From the IMG/VR virus record IMGVR_UViG_3300045988_142974, positions 108,868 through 172,867 of that record: DNA of 64,000 nucleotides; one strand, written 5' to 3'. How positions within the stretch are numbered: position 1 is the first letter of the stretch; every line of letters starts with the position of its first letter. Positions 45,801 to 53,308 of the stretch are shown piece after piece. Source of the stretch: a virus. Position numbers and translations under genes: made by a program. The notes below the pieces were generated by a model. That model ran no database searches, was not told where the DNA came from, and was given only the letters and a program-made list of their open reading frames with translations.

Positions 45801-46838
45801 TCAAAAATGGTTCAATTAATTAAAGCTGGTTGCTTTACAGAATTGCACTCATCAGATAGAAAAGAAACAATGCGTTGGTATTTAAAAAACTATGCTTTTA
45901 CTCCAAGTGACAAGATTACAATGCAACAGTTCGCAAAAATGACAGAATTGGGTATTATTCCTGAATCATTAGATTTAGCAAAACGTATGGTTAATTTCAA
46001 AAAATATGTTTTAGATGATGAAGGATTGTATGAAAAGCATATAGATGAAGGAAAGAAAATACCCAAAAGAGGATATCATGATGGTTATTATATTCTCGAC
46101 AACAATTCTCAGCCTTTCTTCAAGGAACATTTCACAGAAGACTCAGTAATTAAAATAAAAGGAGAATATTATATTGTATCAGAGAAATTATTTACCAAGG
46201 AGGTTGATAGATACATTCAGCCATTAAAGGATTGGTTTGACAATTCTGATACATTAAATCTCTACAATGGGGTTTTATTCAAAACTGTTTGGAATCAATA
46301 TGCTGATGGTACATTACCTTCTTGGTCTATGCAAGCATTGAGTTTCTATGATGGTGAGCATGAATTGGAGAATATTAATGAAGAACTATATGGCATAGTT
46401 AATTTCTTTGATTTACCAGAAGAACCAGAACCTTACGATTATTACACTCGTTATATTGATGGTTCACCAAAGAAAATACCTAAATTTAAGATTTCAAGAA
46501 TAGCAGGAACAGTTATTAATGCTGATAACTTGCATTGTATGGTCACACTTCTTACAAAATATGGTGCAGTACATGTGAAGTTTAATAAAGGTCATTATGC
46601 ATTTTATAATAAACAAATTTCAGCAAAGCTTGATCCGAATAGTGACAAGAAAACTGTACTTGAAAGAAGTTGGCTAAGTAGAGGTTCAAAGATTGTTGTG
46701 GCAGGAATCAGAAGAGATGATAGTTTCAGACCAATGATTTATAAAGACACAATTTATCAACACACAGTAAACAAGGTTCAAGAGATACATTCAGATGGCA
46801 CATTGCTACTTCAATCTGAAAGAACAAAAGTTGATTAA
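42900..46838 (+). CDS. dnaE: DNA polymerase III alpha subunit (DnaE-type, PHP domain)
   Basis: GVHNHSAEGSNLRLRDS, FTEHES PHP motifs; GSHAGGIIL; 1312 aa; GTG after AAGGAGG. Confidence 0.9.
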   Translation: MSFFGVHNHSAEGSNLRLRDSINKVPEMIEYAHSLGHAGICFTEHESITSSLDALKYYDSHKDLEGWENFKVVLGNEIYLCTEDVTAENKFNNRYPHFILVALNAHGHQGIRELSTKAWTKNSFMHVMMRVPTYYSDLEEMMANYKGDIIGSSACLGGALPHRLLQFQDLERANPKEYEKIWQSCKDWIAYMNEIFGEGYFFLELQPSHMLEQIYVNHKLIQLSEETGTPYIITTDAHYLKKEDRQIHKIFLESQDGDREVDDFYSTTYIMSEDEIHEYMDEYYGHDVVQKGLDNTMLIYGKAEYYKLTKDLDIPYIPLNTSEPNKELYEKFKNQIPLLSEFYHSEYDCDRHLVRDIVAYIDTDPYYQTDEAYEKINECLHYIKDSSEKMKVRWSKYLLQIAIDVQIAWSAGTLVGAGRGSGVGFCLLNILGITQINPLREKTKTYPWRFLNPERASVLDIDIDICGSKREAVIQAMKDTYGEDRVSKVMTLSTEKSRSAILTAARGLKIDNDIAQYISSLIVADRGQLRTLSQMYYGDDDNPPVQEFVTEMNKYPELWEAAQKIEGLVNGVGSHAGGIILVDRPFTDTTALMKTNSGDVITQFDLHMCEDCSLIKVDLLCIDALDKMQAELELLLENNVIEWQGSLKATYEKYIGVYTLERNAKDMWEMLWNHKVMSFFQMEKESGVQAVALAKPASVDELATINSVLRLMAQEKGAETPLQKYARFRENIQYWYDEMTEYGLTQEEQDILKDIIGVSFGICEAQEYLVLLTMHPKIGGFSLAWGDRLRKAVAKKKPKEFLQLQEEFFANAEEKHLSKNLTTYVWNVLICTQRGYGFNKSHTLAYSIIGLQELNLCYKYSPIYWQTANLIVDSGAVDENAGDSTNYGKMAIAIAAVQKENVKVELPLINSADFGFKADVENNRIIFGLKGINGIGDDIVQAIIQNRPFNSMEDFAHKMLDTKLITKSKMVQLIKAGCFTELHSSDRKETMRWYLKNYAFTPSDKITMQQFAKMTELGIIPESLDLAKRMVNFKKYVLDDEGLYEKHIDEGKKIPKRGYHDGYYILDNNSQPFFKEHFTEDSVIKIKGEYYIVSEKLFTKEVDRYIQPLKDWFDNSDTLNLYNGVLFKTVWNQYADGTLPSWSMQALSFYDGEHELENINEELYGIVNFFDLPEEPEPYDYYTRYIDGSPKKIPKFKISRIAGTVINADNLHCMVTLLTKYGAVHVKFNKGHYAFYNKQISAKLDPNSDKKTVLERSWLSRGSKIVVAGIRRDDSFRPMIYKDTIYQHTVNKVQEIHSDGTLLLQSERTKVD

Positions 46839-46855
46839 AAGGAAAGTGAGGACTA

Positions 46856-49108
46856 ATGGCATCAGAAAATAGAATAAAAATTATATGTAGTGTAGAGACA
46901 ATACGATTTTATAAAAATGAATTCGGAATTGCTGTTGTCTCAGTAGATAAGGTCAAAGAGGGTAAACCTAAGACCGATAAATTCAATCAAATCATAATCA
47001 AAGGTACAATGCCACAGTTGGTTGAAGGTAATCCATATGTATTAGTGGCAGATTATGTAGAAGATCCCAAATGGGGAGGACAATACAATATCATATCAAT
47101 CTATAGTGCCATTACTTTTAATGAGAATGACAAAGTTGGACAGAAGAAATTCTTGTCCACTTTGTTTACCCCACTTCAGATTGAAAATATGTATGATGCA
47201 TTGGATGATCCATTTGATTCTTTGAAGAATAACAAAGCAGAAGATTTGGTAAAGGTCAGAGGTTGTGGATTAGACACGGCTGCACGATGGATTGAAAGAT
47301 TTAATAGAAATATCCATTTAGCAAAAATCTTCTCAGAGTTGGAGCAGTATAACCTTACGAACAATATGGTGAATAGATTAATGGAACGATATAATTCACC
47401 TGACTTAGTTGTTGAAAAGGTTAAAAATAATCCATATATCTTATGTAATGAAGTAAAAGGAATTGGTTGGAAAACGGCAGACAAAATAGCTCTTGATAGT
47501 GGAATGGAAGAATTTTGTTCTCAACGTATTAGTGCTTTTATTTACAAATATCTTGAAGATTCTGGTCAGGATGGTTGTTCATGGATTACACCTGATGAGT
47601 TAATGGGGGCAATTATTGATGAACTTGGCGAAGATGTTCCTGATATGAATATTACAGAAGCAATTCATGATATGGGTGATGAGTTGTGGTGGAATGAAGA
47701 TAAGACACAGATTGGTCTTAGAAAATTCTACAATATTGAAGATAAAATTGCCAAAGAATTAATCCGATTAAGAGATGCAAAATCAGAGATTACATATGGC
47801 GATTGGGAAGATACAATCAAGCATGTCGAGCATAAGAATGGTTGGCAGTTTACAGAAGAACAGCGAATGGGTGTAAAAGAAGCTCTTGAAAATAATGTAG
47901 TTGTTATTCATGGTGAAGCTGGAACAGGTAAGAGTTCATCCGTGTCTGCTTTTCTTGAAGCATTGAAAGATTATGTATATGTACAGTGTGCTTTATCTGG
48001 TCGTGCAAGTTCTCGAATGGCTGAAATCACAGGAGAAGAAGGATATACAATTCATAGATTGCTTAAATATCCTTGTACTGATGATGGGGGCAAGAATGGT
48101 TTCACATATCATGATGAAAACCCATTGGATGTTGACATTGTAATCGTAGATGAGATTTCAATGGTTGATGCCTATCTTTTCTATTATCTTTTAAGAGCAA
48201 TCCCTTCAGGTGCAAAGCTTATCTGTCTTGGAGATATGGGACAGTTAGAGTCAATTGGGTGTGGCAACATTGCATTTGATATGATCAATTCTCCTGAGAT
48301 TCCCACTGTATATCTTAGTCAAGTACATAGACAAGCAGCAGCTTCAGCTATTGTTACAGAAGCAAGACGTATTCGTAAAGGAATACAGATTGTAGAAAAA
48401 GACTGGGTTGGTACAGAGACAAGAGGAGAATTGCAGGATTTATCACTAGATTGTTATTCAGATAAGAGTAATACTTTCTATAAAATAATGCAGAGATTTT
48501 CAGAAGCAATGAATACAGAGAACTTCAATGTTATGGAAACTCAGATACTTGTCCCTGTTAAGAAACAAGGTGATGCTTGCACTTATAACATCAATAATAC
48601 GATTCAGGATTTATATAATCCAGAAGACGACAATAAAGAACAGATTGAGGTTGTATCACAGGGTAAAGTAATTCTTCGAGAAGGAGATAAAGTTATCAAT
48701 ACACAGAATACATACAAAACCAATCCACCTATCTTTAATGGTAATCTTGGTATTATTAAAAAGGTATTTCCAGAAGATAAAGCAGTGCTTATTTCATTTA
48801 TGGGAATTGGAGAAGTATACGTAGAAGAAACACAAGTTAATAGTATTGAACTTGGTTATGCAATCACAGTTCACAAGTCTCAAGGTTCTCAGTTCGATCA
48901 TGTTATTTTCGGCATTGATTTTTCATCATATTCCCTTTTAACAAGAGAATTATTATATACAGGAATTACAAGAGCAAAGAAAAAATGTGATTTGGTTGCT
49001 CAAACTGGTGCTTTGAGAATGGCTATCAGTAAAGAAGGCGTAAGTAAGAAACAGACTCACTTACAGCAGTGTTTGTATGACACAGCTCATCCGAAGTTAG
49101 TATTTTAA
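46856..49108 (+). CDS. RecD-like SF1 DNA helicase
   Basis: HGEAGTGKSS, IVDEISMVD, GDMGQLESIG, ITVHKSQGSQFD, YTGITRAKK. Confidence 0.85.
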   Translation: MASENRIKIICSVETIRFYKNEFGIAVVSVDKVKEGKPKTDKFNQIIIKGTMPQLVEGNPYVLVADYVEDPKWGGQYNIISIYSAITFNENDKVGQKKFLSTLFTPLQIENMYDALDDPFDSLKNNKAEDLVKVRGCGLDTAARWIERFNRNIHLAKIFSELEQYNLTNNMVNRLMERYNSPDLVVEKVKNNPYILCNEVKGIGWKTADKIALDSGMEEFCSQRISAFIYKYLEDSGQDGCSWITPDELMGAIIDELGEDVPDMNITEAIHDMGDELWWNEDKTQIGLRKFYNIEDKIAKELIRLRDAKSEITYGDWEDTIKHVEHKNGWQFTEEQRMGVKEALENNVVVIHGEAGTGKSSSVSAFLEALKDYVYVQCALSGRASSRMAEITGEEGYTIHRLLKYPCTDDGGKNGFTYHDENPLDVDIVIVDEISMVDAYLFYYLLRAIPSGAKLICLGDMGQLESIGCGNIAFDMINSPEIPTVYLSQVHRQAAASAIVTEARRIRKGIQIVEKDWVGTETRGELQDLSLDCYSDKSNTFYKIMQRFSEAMNTENFNVMETQILVPVKKQGDACTYNINNTIQDLYNPEDDNKEQIEVVSQGKVILREGDKVINTQNTYKTNPPIFNGNLGIIKKVFPEDKAVLISFMGIGEVYVEETQVNSIELGYAITVHKSQGSQFDHVIFGIDFSSYSLLTRELLYTGITRAKKKCDLVAQTGALRMAISKEGVSKKQTHLQQCLYDTAHPKLVF

Positions 49109-49135
49109 GAGAATAATATAGTAGAGGTTTCTGGA

Positions 49136-49663
49136 ATGCCCATAAATAGGGCGTTTCAGAGACTCAAAAAGCCAAGGAAAGACGGATTTCATGCCGTTCT
49201 TAACACAATATATAGTGGTTGGATAAACACGCAACCGCTATATATAGTACATAATAAAGGAGATGATACTACATATATGAAATTTTATGAACGATTAGAA
49301 CACTGGTCATATTTATTAAAATCAAAAGCATTATATCATGAGCTGAAATATTATGTAAAGAAACGACAAACACACATTAAACGATTATATGGTTTTAATA
49401 GTAGAGGGATCGGTAAAACATATAATCTGATGAAGATTAGTGGTAAATATAAAATTCCTGTTATTGAACCGATGGGAAGCATGGCAGATTATGCATATAA
49501 AATGCACTTAAAATTCAATCCAATTGTACTTACACCAAGTCAGTTAAGAGAGAAAGTGCAGCCAGGAACAATTATATTGGTTGATGAAAAACAATTATTG
49601 AATGAAAATGCTAAATCTGAATTAGATAGATATATACAAGTTGGATTTGAAACAGAGAATTAA
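49136..49663 (+). CDS. hypothetical protein
   Basis: AGAGG SD; 175 aa. Confidence 0.5.
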   Translation: MPINRAFQRLKKPRKDGFHAVLNTIYSGWINTQPLYIVHNKGDDTTYMKFYERLEHWSYLLKSKALYHELKYYVKKRQTHIKRLYGFNSRGIGKTYNLMKISGKYKIPVIEPMGSMADYAYKMHLKFNPIVLTPSQLREKVQPGTIILVDEKQLLNENAKSELDRYIQVGFETEN

Positions 49664-49681
49664 ATATAAGGAGAATACTTT

Positions 49682-50242
49682 ATGAGTTCAAAAGACAATT
49701 CATATGCAAATACAGACAAAAAGACATTATTTTTATCTGATGATGTAGACAACGAATCTATTGGTAAATTAACATGGAGTATTTTACAACAGATTCGAGA
49801 AGATGATGAGAAAGATGAGAAGGAAAAAGATTATAAACGTGAGCCAATTAAACTATACATCAACTCGTATGGTGGATCTGTTTATGATATGTGGGGATTA
49901 ATTGATATTATTCTCAATAGCAAAACTCCAATCTATACATATTGTACAGGATATGCAATGAGTGCAGCTTTTAAGATTTTCTTAGCAGGTCATAAGAGAT
50001 ATTGCTACAAACATTCAACATTTATGTATCATCAGATGAGTTGTTGGAGAAGTGGTAAATATCAGGATTTGGTAGAAGACAGAGAAGAAATGGACTGGCT
50101 GAATAAAAAGATTGAAGAATATGTAATCGACAGAACCAATCTCACAAAAGATGATATTAAGGAAATTCGTGAAAAGAAGAAAGATTTTTATATTCATTCT
50201 GATAAAGCAGTCAAGTATGGAATTGTTGATGAAGTTTTGTAA
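49682..50242 (+). CDS. clpP: ClpP-family serine protease
   Basis: INSYGGSVYDMWGLID, GYAMSAAFKIFLAG (Ser), MYHQMS (His). Confidence 0.8.
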   Translation: MSSKDNSYANTDKKTLFLSDDVDNESIGKLTWSILQQIREDDEKDEKEKDYKREPIKLYINSYGGSVYDMWGLIDIILNSKTPIYTYCTGYAMSAAFKIFLAGHKRYCYKHSTFMYHQMSCWRSGKYQDLVEDREEMDWLNKKIEEYVIDRTNLTKDDIKEIREKKKDFYIHSDKAVKYGIVDEVL

Positions 50243-50280
50243 AAGTTGAATTGACGGATTTCGAAAAGGAGATGAATTAT

Positions 50281-50487
50281 ATGACATATTGTCAGAGATG
50301 TGGTGAATATTGCCAAGACCATTATACATATTGTAAGAAATGTTATTTTGAACTTGGACAACCATTTGGGAAAGCAATAGAAAGAGCTCACAAATGTAGA
50401 AAATGTGGGTGCACTATATATGGAAGATATAACTATTGTTTATCATGTGCTCAGAAAAAAGGTTTTATTAATAAATCAAATTATTAA
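50281..50487 (+). CDS. Zn-ribbon mini-protein
   Basis: CQRCGEY..CKKC and CRKCGC..CLSC; ATG 50281 (or 50272) after AAAGGAG. Confidence 0.5.
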   Translation: MTYCQRCGEYCQDHYTYCKKCYFELGQPFGKAIERAHKCRKCGCTIYGRYNYCLSCAQKKGFINKSNY

Positions 50488-50495
50488 AATGATAA

Positions 50496-50519
50496 AACAA
50501 GAATCGACAGTTTCTTGTG
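50496..50519 (+). promoter_or_regulatory. dyad motif copy
   Basis: aacaagaat cgacag tttcttgtg; 4 nt before AAGGAGG SD. Confidence 0.65.
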
Positions 50520-50543
50520 AAAATTAAGGAGGTTGTAAAGAAT

Positions 50544-50933
50544 ATGAGTTGCCCAAGACCAGGAAAAGAATGCAATGAATTTATGTGTGGAAATTCAGTA
50601 GAAGGTGTATGCCGTGAAGGATTAAAAAATTATAAAGTGATTACATTATGTGGTAGTACAAAATTTAAAGATGAGTTTATGAAAGTTCAAAAAGAACTTA
50701 CCTTAAATGGTTATATTGTGATTTCAGTTGGGTGTTTTGGTCATTCAGGCGATGTATTTACAGATGAGCAAAAGATTATGTTAGATGATATGCACAAGAG
50801 AAAAATTGATATGGCAGATGAAATTTTCGTAATCAATGTCAATGGATATATTGGAAGCTCAACAAAATCTGAAATTGAATATGCTGAAGCACATAATAAG
50901 AAAGTAAATTATCTTGTTAATATCAACAGATAA
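50544..50933 (+). CDS. nucleoside 2-deoxyribosyltransferase-superfamily-like protein with Cys-rich N-extension
   Basis: VITLCGSTKF...ADEIFVINVNGYIGSSTKSEIEYA pattern; assignment by recollection. Confidence 0.4.
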   Translation: MSCPRPGKECNEFMCGNSVEGVCREGLKNYKVITLCGSTKFKDEFMKVQKELTLNGYIVISVGCFGHSGDVFTDEQKIMLDDMHKRKIDMADEIFVINVNGYIGSSTKSEIEYAEAHNKKVNYLVNINR

Positions 50934-50939
50934 ACAGAT

Positions 50940-50963
50940 AGCAAAAATCCATTATTTCTTGTG
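50940..50963 (+). promoter_or_regulatory. dyad motif copy (good right half, weak left half)
   Basis: agcaaaaat ccatta tttcttgtg. Confidence 0.4.
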
Positions 50964-50980
50964 GAGATTAGGAGGAAAAT

Positions 50981-51410
50981 GTGTCATTAGATAAAGAACC
51001 GATGAAAGTAAGCACAGCATAAGCACAGCATTAAGAATTGCAAAACAGTATTATCCACAGGATAAATTAGAACATGCACTTAGAGTCGCTACATATGTTG
51101 CTGAAAATGAAATGATTCCATCTGAATATACAAACGAATGTGTTGCTTTAGCAATTTATTAGAAGATACAAATTATAATCCAAAAGGATTACCTGAAAAT
51201 TTTACCAATGCATTGAAGATCCTAACTAAAACAAAAGAGGTATCTTATGATGATTATTGTAAAAGTATTAAGAGTGTTTGTCATACAAACTACCGTAAAT
51301 GTGCGTATTGGGTTAAATTAGCCGATATGAAAGATCATTTGTCGCTGACAAATACACTTACAGATAGGTTAGAAGAAAAGTATCTAAGTGGATTGAGATA
51401 TTTATTATAG
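50981..51410 (+). pseudogene. disrupted gene, probably an HD/phosphohydrolase-like protein
   Basis: GTG 5 nt after AGGAGG. Frame broken by an 11-bp tandem duplication (stop 51020-22). Second frame shift near 51155-51160. Downstream ORF 51138-51410 (LLEDTNYNP...) has no SD of its own. Confidence 0.55.
51010..51031 (+). repeat. perfect 11-bp tandem duplication AAGCACAGCAT x2
   Basis: 51010-51020 = 51021-51031; removing one copy restores an ORF reading ...KVSTALRIAKQYYPQDKLEHALRVATYVAENE... Confidence 0.95.
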
Positions 51411-51422
51411 AAAGATGTAAAT

Positions 51423-51728
51423 ATGAAATTAATTAGTTTATCAAAAGTAGAAAGGATTTTAGATAGAGAGCCGATTTATCACGATGTATTAAATGATAGA
51501 TTTGATACTTTAGAAAAAATCAGGGGACTTCGTGTTATTGACACAAGTTACGATAATGAAACTTGCAAATGGGAATCTTCTAATGACGTTGACTTTTCAG
51601 AAGGCAATATATGTTTCAAGATTCAGTGTAATCACAATCCGCTTAAAACTGGAATAGTACCAAATAATTTTGCGTATGGAGATTTTAAGTTTTGCCCGTT
51701 TTGTGGAAGAAAAATTAAATGGGTTTAG
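51423..51728 (+). CDS. hypothetical protein with C-terminal Zn-ribbon half-site
   Basis: FCPFCGRK at C-terminus. Confidence 0.5.
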   Translation: MKLISLSKVERILDREPIYHDVLNDRFDTLEKIRGLRVIDTSYDNETCKWESSNDVDFSEGNICFKIQCNHNPLKTGIVPNNFAYGDFKFCPFCGRKIKWV

Positions 51729-51736
51729 GGAGAATA

Positions 51737-51901
51737 ATGAATAGAAACAGACATTTAAGATACAAACCAATCATAGAAACAAGATCATTTTTAGATGGCA
51801 TAGGGGTATCGGCAAGATGTCCTAAATGTAAAACTATGATACAAATGCAACGGTCTAAATGTAAATGTGGTTGTAGTATCAGATGGGATAATGAATGTTA
51901 A
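51737..51901 (+). CDS. Zn-ribbon mini-protein
   Basis: CPKC...CKCGC; ATG after GGGAGAATA. Confidence 0.45.
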   Translation: MNRNRHLRYKPIIETRSFLDGIGVSARCPKCKTMIQMQRSKCKCGCSIRWDNEC

Positions 51902-51910
51902 TTGGTAATT

Positions 51911-51934
51911 CACAGTAAACTAAACTTCTTTGAA
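51911..51934 (+). promoter_or_regulatory. dyad motif copy (right half shifted by 1 nt)
   Basis: cacagtaaa ctaaac ttctttgaa. Confidence 0.4.
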
Positions 51935-51978
51935 AAATAAAGAAAAATTTGACTATATAGTATAGGAAGGTGAATAAA

Positions 51979-52161
51979 ATGAAATTTCTTGTAGACGAAA
52001 TGCCATATTTTCAAGATGAATGTCCATTCTATGATATAAGTACCGGCATATGTAAATACGATAGAGATAAATGCGAACATATGTATATTTCAAGTAAAGA
52101 AAGAGGCAAACAGACAGAATGCAGATGGTTAGTCCAAAAGGAGGAGAAAAATGAAGTTTGA
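51979..52161 (+). CDS. Cys-rich mini-protein
   Basis: ATG after AGGAAGGTGA. Confidence 0.45.
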   Translation: MKFLVDEMPYFQDECPFYDISTGICKYDRDKCEHMYISSKERGKQTECRWLVQKEEKNEV

Positions 52162-52873
52162 GAATACAGAAGTTTGGGGATTTGAACATAGTCTCCGTGG
52201 GATGAGAAATCCGAAGAATAGCTGGCATAAGAGTGATAGTTTTAATTGTCTAAAAACACCATCTGGCAAACACTGTTCAGAATTTTGTAAAAATTTTGAT
52301 ACAGATAAATGTTATATATATGGAGATGATGGCGGTGAACCTTTTATTATAGGTGATAATGACATGAAACTTGCACAGACTCTCATTAAAACTGGTTCAG
52401 AACATTGCAAATTTATGAGAATGATTCATGTTGCTGTAGATGTAGATATGCCTAGATACTGGTGGTCTGAAGGTGATACTTATCATTTTAATACAAAAAA
52501 TAGTTGTTCAACCATGCACAAATTACTTAATAATGATAATCCAATTACTTTGGATATGTTTGTTTTCTGTGAGGAAGATATTGATTGGTGGACTTATACA
52601 GTAAGCAAACTTGAATCTCTTCGTTTGGAATATAAGGAAATACAGAAAACAACAAAAGATAATGAAAAAATGAACCGTCTTCTTGTTAGGGCAAAACGTA
52701 TGTTACCTGAAGGATTTGAACAAATGAGAACATGGGATACAAATTATGCAGAACTTCGCAATATGTATTTTCAGCGTAGACATCATAGACTCAAAGAAGA
52801 GTGGGTAGACACATTTTGTAAATGGGTAGAAACACTTCCATACGCAAAAGAGTTGATTATGTATGAGGATTGA
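52151..52873 (+). CDS. ThyX-fold homologue lacking the RHR signature
   Basis: LAQTLIKTGSEHCKFMRMIHVAVDVDMPRYWW parallels ThyX [33 protein letters not shown], but RHRxxS is replaced by GDTYHFN. Confidence 0.55.
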   Translation: MKFENTEVWGFEHSLRGMRNPKNSWHKSDSFNCLKTPSGKHCSEFCKNFDTDKCYIYGDDGGEPFIIGDNDMKLAQTLIKTGSEHCKFMRMIHVAVDVDMPRYWWSEGDTYHFNTKNSCSTMHKLLNNDNPITLDMFVFCEEDIDWWTYTVSKLESLRLEYKEIQKTTKDNEKMNRLLVRAKRMLPEGFEQMRTWDTNYAELRNMYFQRRHHRLKEEWVDTFCKWVETLPYAKELIMYED

Positions 52874-52877
52874 AATT

Positions 52878-53081
52878 ATGGCATTTTATATTATTTCAGG
52901 CGAAGAATATGAAGAATACAAAGAGTTAAAAAGAAAAAATAAACCAATGAGAAAATTGCTTGGCTATGATAAATGTTATTGTCCTGTATGTAACTATGTG
53001 GTTGATAATTGTGTACCAAGACAAAACTATTGTGACAAATGTGGACAAAGATTATATAAGAGATGGTATAAAAAGAAATAA
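52878..53081 (+). CDS. Zn-ribbon mini-protein
   Basis: CPVCNY...CDKCGQ. Confidence 0.45.
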   Translation: MAFYIISGEEYEEYKELKRKNKPMRKLLGYDKCYCPVCNYVVDNCVPRQNYCDKCGQRLYKRWYKKK

Positions 53082-53086
53082 AAGAG

Positions 53087-53308
53087 GTGATTAACATTAG
53101 AGATCCGAATAGACTGTATAATTTTTATAACGAAGTAACTAGATTACACATGACTTATATACCAGATTGGAGAGCGGGACAATTTTGGTTAAACTTTTTA
53201 GAGTGGTTACAGAATAAAAGGAAGGTTGATGGCTTCTTTCCAGAAGAGTCAGAAATGCTTACATACTTAAGAGAATATTGCGGAGAAAAGGAGGAAGTAA
53301 ATGAATAA
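53087..53308 (+). CDS. hypothetical protein (start GTG 53087 inside SD, or ATT 53096)
   Basis: GAGGTGA 53084-90; ATT 53096 in frame 5 nt downstream. Confidence 0.45.
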   Translation: MINIRDPNRLYNFYNEVTRLHMTYIPDWRAGQFWLNFLEWLQNKRKVDGFFPEESEMLTYLREYCGEKEEVNE

